From contig NW_021828633.1 of NCBI RefSeq assembly GCF_006345805.1, forward strand, positions 1 to 7,996: DNA of 7,996 nucleotides, read 5' to 3'. The notes below the pieces were generated by a model. That model had not been told where the DNA came from. It did not search any database and worked only from the letters and a program-made list of their open reading frames with translations. The position numbers and the translations under genes were made by a program. Shown here piece by piece: positions 1 to 7,342 of this stretch (its first letter is position 1; each line of letters starts with the position of its first letter). Source of the stretch: Octopus sinensis (Eukaryota).

Positions 1-79
1 CGTTCCTTTTGATCTTGCTCCATTACTTTTATGCCAAGCACTATGTGTAAGTTGAGGACATTCTATGCAAAAATCCAAA

Positions 80-262
80 GATGGGTTCCCGTTGTGTCTT
101 TACAAGACATCGTCTGCTGTAGCCAATTCAGAGAGTAATAAAACACAAAGAAAACAAAACAGAAAAAGAATCATCTATAGTAATTGTAACATTTTCGATT
201 ATCGAAAGGAACTTGGCTTTGGTAGGATTTTGATCACAGAAAGCTAAAAGAAGCAAGCCTAG
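80..262 (+). mobile_element. Possible highly decayed 5' half of a tRNA-derived SINE
   Basis: GGGTTCCC (83-90), CAAGACATCGTCTGCTGTAGCC and GGATTTTGATCACAGAAAGCTAAAAGAAGC resemble, in order, the head of a cephalopod SINE as I recall it. No second copy in the window to confirm. Confidence 0.2.
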
Positions 263-303
263 TATTCAATACGGCGCTCCATCAATTTTACTAATTCGCC
301 GCT

Positions 304-434
304 TTAGGACTAATTCATCCAGTATATATGAAATACTTTCTTCTTTTTATCCAAGGTAGTAAGGTAAAATTTGAGGGCGATTTACCTGTTCTATCTAACA
401 GGCAGAGTGACCGTATAGATACTCAATCTCACTT
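304..434 (-). mobile_element. Short interspersed repeat family R, copy C (partial, includes ribozyme-like end)
   Basis: TAGGACTAATTCATCC (305-320) and TTTGAGGGCGATTTACCTGTTCTATCTAACAGGCAGAGTGACC (370-412) align with TAGGATTACATTAATC and TTTGAGGGAGATTTGGCTGC...GAGTGAC of the copy at 1515-1726. Confidence 0.75.
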
Positions 435-746
435 TAACCGAAATGGCTTTCAGCGATAATAGAAATCGTGGCTAAAATGTTTCCTGGTGCGAGTACATTC
501 AGCAAATGCATTGTTGCAATAAAACCAATGCCAGAAGGCTAACGGAAAGTCCGTCCAATGATATTGTTCTCATAAGTTTTGGAAATCTGGCAGCAAATGC
601 ATCCCATATTTCACCATTTAACACCACCCATCGCTAACCCACCATTGTTTCAGCTACTGACACTATCATTCTATCGACATCGTGTCTATCTCCGACATCA
701 TCAGTTGACATTGATGCCTTCTTCACACATGCACGTACCCTCCCAT

Positions 747-764
747 CACCACCACCACCACCAC
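747..764. repeat. (CAC)6 microsatellite
   Basis: Read directly from the sequence. Confidence 0.9.
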
Positions 765-1019
765 CCACACATCCAGTCTATGACTCAATCCGGTTTCTTC
801 TCTATGTCAACATGAACAATCGGAAATAATTTGTCATTAACAAGGCAAGTATTTTCGAAATAGATTCAATTATATTTCTTTTGTAATAACCGTTTTCTTA
901 ATTAATAAGTGTAGTGAGGAAATAGTTATTCATACGGATGGATGATTCCACCTCACTCCCTCTAAACTATATCAAGCAAGATAAAGATAAATACAAGAAT
1001 TTTTCTCGAAAACATCTTA

Positions 1020-1063
1020 AATATGGTAGCTTTAGAAGCTCATTGCTATTTCTTCCAGCTCGA
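1020..1063 (-). mobile_element. Family R, weak partial copy H
   Basis: TTGCTATTTCTTCCAGCTCGA (1043-1063) matches the family block TGCTATTTCTAGCAGGTCGA. It lies one unit length (211 bp) upstream of the same block in copy A. Confidence 0.45.
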
Positions 1064-1085
1064 ATAATTGCGATCAAGTTTATCC

Positions 1086-1292
1086 GTTGCTGTCGTTGTT
1101 TAGACGGAGGTCGGCTGTTCGCGAGCGATCACACCTCTTACCAAAAACATTCCATCCGTGACCATTTCATCTTAATTCTGGGGACTACGATATACAATGT
1201 GTCCTCCCTTCATTTACTTAAAACAATTGTGTGTGGTTTTGAAGAAGGTTTGGCTACTATTTTTAACAGGCCAAAAGGCCATGTTGAGTTTC
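1086..1292 (-). mobile_element. Family R, copy A (near full length, decayed)
   Basis: GTT-rich tail (1086-1101), CCATCCGTGACCAT (1152-1165), GGACTACGATATACAATGTGTCC (1182-1204) and TTTGAAGAAGGTTTGGCTACTATTTTTAACAGG (1238-1270) are collinear with the other copies. Confidence 0.8.
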
Positions 1293-1334
1293 TATTATAC
1301 ATTTTTGTGGTTGATAAGTCTTAAGTGTGGCTTG

Positions 1335-1490
1335 ACGGAACATACGTAAAAGGCTCCTCAGCCATGGTTATGCTGTCCTTTTCTTTACCAATAAGTATAC
1401 TCCCGGCTACATATTGCAGTGTGTCTAATTTTAATAAGAGGAACATTTACCTCTTATTTCTAGCAAGTCGAGCAACTTCGCAGGGGTCAT
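1335..1490 (-). mobile_element. Family R, copy D
   Basis: CAGCCATGGTTATG, GGCTACATATTGCAGTGTGTC (1405-1425) and TATTTCTAGCAAGTCGAGC (1455-1473) occur in family order. Confidence 0.7.
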
Positions 1491-1514
1491 TTTTTGACGC
1501 ATATTGTTAAACAT

Positions 1515-1726
1515 TTTGTTATCCAACTTACACCGGGTGAGCGGCCCTTTAAGTAAGGACGATTAGCCGCAACCGTCCTCTCTTTTTTCTGACCCAATAT
1601 ATCTAGGATTACATTAATCAATACACTCTTTTATCTTTTTTTAAAGATAGTAAAATTGTAGTTTGAGGGAGATTTGGCTGCTCTGTCGAGTGACGACATA
1701 ACTTCGTCTCACTCGTTGGCTCACTC
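1515..1726 (-). mobile_element. Family R, copy B (near full length, deletion in the P4-like hairpin)
   Basis: CTAGGATTACATTAATCAAT, TTTGAGGGAGATTTGGCTGCT (1662-1682), GTCGAGTGAC and CTCGTTGGCTC (1712-1722). The last matches the reverse complement of GAGCCAAACGAG at 7343 and GCCAACAAG at 7532. Confidence 0.8.
1665..1726 (-). ncRNA. Candidate degenerate HDV-like ribozyme remnant at the 5' end of family R copy B
   Basis: Minus-strand order: P1a GAGTGA (1726-1721), P2a GAGTGAG (1714-1708), loop region, P1b TCACTC (1693-1688), J4/2 CCAAAT (1677-1672), P2b CTCCCTC (1671-1665). This is pseudoknot topology. P3 and P4 are damaged in this copy. Confidence 0.35.
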
Positions 1727-1939
1727 TTGTATGTTGTTGCGCTGGTGGTACTGATGATGGTGGAGTCGTGTTATTCTTGGTTATATATATATTCTTCTTG
1801 ATTAAATACAAATGTTCACAATATTAAAGGAAGTGTTCTTGAAAGTGGAGATGTTAGAATATTTAGTGTGTCAACTTCAACAAGATTCAAAGCACAAGCA
1901 ATCTTGTTGCAGCTCATAACAACACGTTTTGTGAATTAT

Positions 1940-2106
1940 GTTTGTTCTTTCTCGAGCCACGCCTGGCTCATAAGGGCTGGTTTCCCGTTTTTTTTTTGTT
2001 TTTTTTTGGCGTATAGGTTCCCCACCTGGACGGGACGCCGGTCCGTCGCAGGTGAGTTGCAAGATGCAGGAGGAAAGAGTGAGAGAGTGTTGAGGCGAAA
2101 GAGTCA
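1940..2106 (-). mobile_element. tRNA-derived SINE family S, 5'-truncated copy 1
   Basis: Matches 2510-2663 with 14 mismatches in ~149 aligned nt (counted by hand), excluding a T-rich expansion near 1988-2005. 3' stem-loop GAGCCA/TGGCTC at 1954-1969. Confidence 0.9.
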
Positions 2107-2136
2107 TTGATATCAAAGAGGCATGTCGATATAGAA

Positions 2137-2195
2137 ATGGCTGGCTTAGGTCTATTAACATTCAAGATCTATATCAAGATCGGCTGACATTGCTC
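2137..2195 (+). mobile_element. Family R, possible 3'-half fragment
   Basis: ATGGCTGG (2137-2144) and GGCTGAC (2182-2188) occur in about the spacing expected for the tail-proximal half. Highly diverged. Confidence 0.25.
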
Positions 2196-2492
2196 TATCG
2201 GAAAGTACGAGGTTTGTTATAATCAAAGCCGAAAGTCGAAGGGGCTGGATGGATGACATCCATAATTTTGATATCAACAAATATGAAGATTAAATTTGAG
2301 AAAAAGGTTTTATAATATTCACCGTTCTCAAGAATTTGCCTATAGTTCTGTGAAGAAATTCTTGTAAATATATTCCAACAACGCAAACATGATGAAAATC
2401 CAGTAGAAAATACCTAAAAGTTCACATTAAGGAGTTGAATTTTTTTAAAGGACGCCACGTTCAGTTTAACCTAACCGAAGACACCAAGGTAT

Positions 2493-2772
2493 GTTGTTGT
2501 CTGTTGTTGTTTGTTCCTTCTCAAGCCATGCCTGGCTCATAAGGGCCGGTTTCCCGGTTTCATTGGCGTATAGGTTTCCCACCTGGACGGGACGCTGATC
2601 CGTCGCAGGTGAACTGCTAGATGCAGGAGGAAAGAGTGATAGAAAGTTGTGGCGAAAGAGTCAGCAGAAGTTCGCCATTACCTTCTGTCGGAGACGCGTG
2701 GAGCTCAGCTGCTTCGCTCATAATCACACACATCGCCCGGTTTGCTCTAACCACTAGGCTATGTGCCTCCAC
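2493..2772 (-). mobile_element. tRNA-derived SINE family S, copy 2 (both ends present, B box deleted)
   Basis: Minus strand begins GTGGAGGCACATAGCCTAGTGGTTAGAGCA (tRNA-like head), ends in a stem-loop plus (AAC)n tail, and is flanked by an imperfect direct repeat CACCAAGGTAT (2482-2492) / CACCAAAGGCAT (2773-2784), a likely target-site duplication. Confidence 0.9.
2751..2761 (-). promoter_or_regulatory. Pol III A box of SINE copy 2
   Basis: TAGCCTAGTGG fits TRGCNNARYGG. No GTTCRANNC B box follows, so it is probably non-functional. Confidence 0.65.
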
Positions 2773-3184
2773 CACCAAAGGCATAGTGGCTGATAATTGC
2801 CACAAATCCCTTTCTAACACAGTGAAACAATCGTAAAAAGGGAGTTTTGCTCATTACTAGGTTCTTCTTGGTATCATCTGAGAAATAAAGAATGCGTAAA
2901 ACTGCGCAACATAAGTGGAAATGTTTAATAAAAACACAAAATGGTAATAGGATTCTATTGTGGAATTGAAACCATATCGCTAGCTATACTTGATATGCAT
3001 TTTCATCTGTAAAGCTTTGGCCATAACGATGATAATTATTGACGAAATAGAAAAAAAGATGGGATAAAAATTCCTATTAATAAATGTAATGCCGATAGTA
3101 ATAATGAAAAGGTTGGCTGACAATGATGTTTAGGAAGAAGAGAAAGATGAGGAGGATGGGTAAAGTGAAAGTAGAAGAATATTA

Positions 3185-3359
3185 CTGCTGTTGCTGCTGC
3201 TGCTGCTGATGATGATGATGATGGAAGGATAAGACGGAGGTGGAAGAGGATGCAGAGAGGGAAAAGGGTGTTAATAGTGATGATGACGATATTGATGATA
3301 ACGATGATGATGATAATGATGATGATGACGACGACGGCGACGACCATAATAATGATGAT
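3185..3359. repeat. Compound trinucleotide tracts (GCT)n(GAT)n and (GAT/GAC)n
   Basis: Tracts at 3185-3223 and 3278-3359, read directly. Confidence 0.9.
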
Positions 3360-3430
3360 TACTAAATCAAAAACAGTATAGAATAAAAAAGGCAACACAA
3401 TTTGTTGCCAACTTCATCGGTGGAAGTAGT

Positions 3431-3500
3431 AACAAATAACATTATCAACAACAGCAAAAACAACAAAAACATAAAAAAAAACAATAACAACAATAACAAC
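3431..3500. repeat. Degenerate (AAC)n/A-rich tract
   Basis: AACAACAGCAAAAACAAC...AACAATAACAAC. Opposite polarity to the surrounding GNT tracts. Confidence 0.8.
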
Positions 3501-3654
3501 ATCGTTATAGAAAATTCTTGGTCAGTGAAGTATGGAAAAAAATATAAATTCACAGCTAACATTCACACCCAGTGGATCACGTCGAGAAGTTAGCAGTTTG
3601 GTCCAATCGAAAGCCATTAAATTGTATTTCATGTATGAGTGGACTGGACTGAGG

Positions 3655-5030
3655 TGAGTGGTGGTAAGGGCGGGCGGTGGTGATGAATGGTGTTCGTATT
3701 GGTAGTGGTAGTGGTAGTGGCGGTGATGGTGGTAGTTGTGGTGGTTGTGGTGGTGATTACTGTTGGTGCTGGTATTTCTGAAGGTGGTAGTGGTGACGCT
3801 GGCGGTGAATGGCAATCGTGATGGTAAATGTGGTCTTGATGGTAATAACGATGCTGTTGTTGGTGATATTGATGGTGATTGCAGCAATCGTAGTGGTTGG
3901 TAGCAGTGGTGATGATATCGATAGCGATGGTGCTGGTAGCGGTGTTGCTCGATGATGGTTGTGGGTATGCTACTGGTGGTGATACTGATGGCAACGATGG
4001 CGGAAGTAAAGGTGGTGACGGCAGAGAAAACGAATGTGAAAGTGAAAGTAAAACTAGAAACAAATGCAGGTTGCGATGATGATGATGAAAATATTAGTGA
4101 AGACGGAGATAGAGATGATGGTCATGGTAGTAGACGGAGGTAGTGATGAGGTGTTTGGGGAAAGTCTTGATAATAGGGGTGACGATGATGATGATGATTG
4201 TGGTGGTAGTGAGGATGGGGACAGGATATTTGGTGGTGAAAGGAGGATGAATGGGTTTTAGTTACGGTGCTGCACATGATGTTTCGGATTCTTATGATGG
4301 TGATGATGATAGCGGTGGAAGAGGGTGGGGCGACGAATGTGGAAATAGTGGTGGTGGTGGTGGTGGTGGTGGTGGTGGTGGTGGTGGTGGTGGTGGTGGT
4401 GGTGGTAGCTGTGGTCGTCGTCGCCGTAGTGACGAGGCAACGGTTGAGGAAATTACTGCAGGGGAGACAATCGCGACGACCACGACGACAGCAGTGATGC
4501 TGCTGCTGCTGCTGCTGATGATGATGATGATGGTGTGTATTGCAGTATTGGCGCTTATGACGTGGTTATTAGAGGGAGGTGGCGATGATAGGGATTGATG
4601 TCGAAATGAGTTCAGATTTTATTGTGGTAATGGTGGTAGATATGGTGGTGGTGCTGGTGGTGGCGATGGTGGTGGTGGTGGTGGTGGTGGTGGTGGTGGT
4701 TGTGGTTGTGGTTATGATGGTAGTGGTTGTCGTTGTGATGGTTGTAGTGTTTGTGGTGGTGGTAGTCGTCGTTGTAATGGCTGAGGTGGTGATGGTTCAG
4801 GTGGTGGTGGTGGTGGTTGTAATTGTGGTTTTGATGGTAGTGGTTGTCGTTGTGATGGTTGTAGTGTTTGTGGTGGTGGTAGTCGTCGTTGTAATGGCTG
4901 AGGTGGTGATGGTTCAGGTGGTGCTGGTGGTGGTGGTCGTCGTCGTTAAGGTGATGGTGGTTGCGGTAGTGACGTTTATGATGGTGGTGGTGGTGGTGGT
5001 GGTTGGTAGTTTTGATGATGTTTCAGGTAG
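3655..5030. repeat. Large degenerate GGT/GAT/GTT low-complexity domain, including pure (GGT)19 at 4350-4406
   Basis: Read directly. It produces the poly-V/G/H/P/T ORFs in all frames. Confidence 0.95.
4706..4923. repeat. Tandem duplication with 117 bp period
   Basis: 4715-4806 is identical to 4832-4923 (92 bp). TTGTGGTT at 4706 and 4823 extends the match leftward across one mismatch. Confidence 0.95.
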
Positions 5031-5157
5031 GTGAGAGGTGTTGGCGAGAATTGATATCGTCGTGGTTTTTTAGGAGATATTGCTGTTGTCGTTGACAGTG
5101 AGGTAGGTGTGGGGGGGAGGTTTAGACTTGGAAAGAGAAAGGTTGCTGTACTGGCAG

Positions 5158-5249
5158 TGATGATAATGATAATGACGATGATGATGATGATGATGATGAT
5201 GAGGAGGAGGAGGAGGAGAGAGAAAGAGGGGAAGGAAGAAGAGAAAAAA
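5158..5249. repeat. (GAT)n(GAG)n microsatellite running into a 49 nt homopurine tract (5201-5249)
   Basis: Read directly. Confidence 0.9.
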
Positions 5250-5354
5250 CATAACTGTAATGTGGATTAGTGTTAATGTTGCGATTTTTTTCTTTACAAA
5301 TTCTGATCGCGGTTTTGTATTGACAAGAAATTAGATATTGACACAAATAACGGT

Positions 5355-5435
5355 GGTTAGTTGTTTGTTATTGCAGTTGTTGTTGTTACTGCTGCTGTTG
5401 TAGTTGCTGCTGCTGCTGATGATGATGACGATTCT
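5355..5435. repeat. (GTT)/(GCT)/(GAT) compound tract, probable expanded tail of family R copy E
   Basis: Directly abuts copy E at the position where copy A has its GTT-rich tail. Confidence 0.7.
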
Positions 5436-5439
5436 GATG

Positions 5440-5615
5440 CTTAACCTCAGGTTCATATTGATCTAGTTAACCGCTGAAAAAGTACTCAAGCAATGACTAC
5501 TTTGTCTTTTCCTATGTGTCCTTCTTTTTCTTTTAAAAGCATAGGATTTGAAGAAAATTTGGTTGCTATTTCTAAGTAAAGGCTATGCGACCACATAGAA
5601 ATGTCTTCATTGGCT
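5440..5615 (-). mobile_element. Family R, copy E
   Basis: AACCTCAGGT, ATGTGTCCCTTC, and GATTTGAAGAAAATTTGGTTGCTATTTCTA...GCGACCACATAGA...CATTGGCT (5545-5615) are collinear with copies A and B. Confidence 0.8.
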
Positions 5616-5805
5616 TCTGATTCTGACGATACTATTTAATAGTGATAGCAATAGCGGTATTTCAACCACCCTAACACCATTGCTCCTACCACCATCCGTA
5701 ACATCCTCGCTATCACCATGTCATTAGAAAGAATGAACTGCTGCAAGTAATGGTGGCTGTGACGGAATTTAATGAGGTGCATAAATTGTGACTACAGCGA
5801 TAGTA

Positions 5806-6161
5806 ATGATGATGATAGGAATGATGATGATGATGAATGATGATGATATGAATGATGATGATGATGAGATATGATTATGATAATGATGATGATGATGATG
5901 AGATGAGATAATGATATGATGATGATGATGATAATGATGATGAGATGATGATGATGATGATGATATAATGATGATGATGATGATGATGATAATGATGATG
6001 ATGATGATGATGATGATGATATGATGATGATGATGATGATGATGATGATAATGATGATGATGATGATGATGATAATGATGATGATGATGATGATGATAAT
6101 GATGATAATGATGATAATGATGATGATGATGATGATAATGATGATGATGATGATGATGATA

Positions 6162-6196
<35 letters not shown>

Positions 6197-6197
6197 A

Positions 6198-6229
<32 letters not shown>

Positions 6230-6252
6230 AATGATGATGATGATGATGATGA

Positions 6253-6294
<42 letters not shown>

Positions 6295-6329
6295 AATGAT
6301 GATGATGATGATGATGATGATGATATGAT

Positions 6330-6372
<43 letters not shown>

Positions 6373-6433
6373 ATGATGATGTATGATATGATGATGATGA
6401 ATAATGATGAGATGATGATGATGGATGATGATA

Positions 6434-6495
<62 letters not shown>

Positions 6496-6574
6496 AATGA
6501 TGATAATGATGATGATGATGATAATGATGATGATGATGATGATAATGATGATGATGATGATGATGATGATGATA

Positions 6575-6606
<32 letters not shown>

Positions 6607-6607
6607 A

Positions 6608-6639
<32 letters not shown>

Positions 6640-6656
6640 AATGATGATGATGATGA
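5806..6656. repeat. ~850 bp (ATG/GAT)n microsatellite with AAT variants and phase slips
   Basis: Read directly. Source of the poly-H/I/S/M/D ORFs. Confidence 0.98.
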
Positions 6657-6758
6657 GGAGGAGGTTGTATCCCCTTATGGCAGCGATACAACACTTCACA
6701 GGCACAGGGAGGAATATAGATGTTGCACGGAGGGCAGTCGAACCAAGAAAGAAAGGTC

Positions 6759-6796
<38 letters not shown>

Positions 6797-6801
6797 TGGT
6801 G

Positions 6802-6832
<31 letters not shown>
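6759..6832. repeat. (AT)13 followed by interrupted (GT)n
   Basis: Read directly: AT at 6759-6784, GT at 6785-6832. Confidence 0.95.
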
Positions 6833-6834
<2 letters not shown>

Positions 6835-7043
6835 TGCGTGCCTCTGTTTCTCCTCCCCACCACCGCTTGACAACCGGTGCTGGTGTATTTACGTCCCCGT
6901 AACTTGGCGATTCTGCAAAAGGACCGCTAGAATAAGTACCAGGCTTTTAAAAATTAAGTACTAGAGTCGATATAGTCGACAAAAAATTCTTCATGACAGT
7001 ACTCCTGCATAACCGCAGTTTAATGACTGAAGCAAGTAATAAA
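6833..7043 (+). mobile_element. 3' half of a SINE (Octopus-type family with an internal (AT)/(GT) microsatellite)
   Basis: CCACCGCTTGACAACCGGTGCTGGTGTATTTACGTCCCCGTAACTT...ATAAGTACCAG...GTCGATATAGTCGAC...ATGACTGAAGCAAGTAA matches my recollection of an abundant octopus SINE. In-window support: an ATAAGT...GTCGAT-N4-TCGA block is shared with the minus strand of 7755-7795, and the element ends in a simple-repeat tail. Confidence 0.65.
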
Positions 7044-7304
7044 CATACATACATACATACACGCATGCATTCATACATACATACATACATACATACATAC
7101 ATACATACATACATACATACATACATACACGCATGCATTCATACATACATACATACATACATACATACATACATACATACATACATACATACACGCATGC
7201 ATTCATACATACATACATACATACATACATACATACATACATACATACATACATACATACATACATACATACATACATACATACACGCATGCATTCATAC
7301 ATAC
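7043..7304. repeat. (ACAT)n array with four ACGCATGCATTC interruptions
   Basis: Interruptions start at 7061, 7129, 7193 and 7285. Confidence 0.97.
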
Positions 7305-7342
7305 CTTTTGATAAATGCGTTCACAATGTACAACATCAACTC

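Noticed and set aside
455-490. Possible extra family R fragment (TAGAAATCGTGGCTAAAATG) inverted relative to copy C
   Set aside because: Only a ~7 nt exact match with weak flanks, which cannot be distinguished from chance.
677-704. Hammerhead-like CTGATGA followed by a TGTC/GACA stem on the minus strand
   Set aside because: The stem is followed by CGAT rather than the required GAAA, and I found no stems I/III. CTGATGA at 1751 and within GAT tracts likewise lacks the rest of the core.
938-1324. 128 aa ORF with ordinary-looking composition
   Set aside because: It runs through family R copies H and A, has no recognisable domain, and is best explained as chance openness in decayed repeats.
2329-2364. 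9 bp inverted repeat CAAGAATTT/AAATTCTTG
   Set aside because: AT-rich and isolated, with no target-site duplication or second copy. Expected by chance.
2617-2836. Overlapping 67-71 aa ORFs, plus those at 1868-2165
   Set aside because: They lie within SINE S copies and are non-coding repeat sequence.
3002-3013. TTCATCTGTAAA resembling the mammalian MIR core
   Set aside because: 12 nt only, with no flanking similarity.
3036-5346. Poly-V/G/H/P/T/I/S ORFs on both strands
   Set aside because: Translations of trinucleotide repeats, open in several frames at once, with no unique coding sequence.
5792-6964. Long His/Ile/Ser/Met/Asp-rich ORFs (up to 322 aa)
   Set aside because: Artefacts of the (ATG)n array. 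Residue type switches exactly at the phase slips.
7061-7296. CRISPR-like pattern of a repeated 12-mer with spacers
   Set aside because: The spacers are pure ACAT of variable length, the repeat is too short, there are no cas genes, and the context is eukaryotic.
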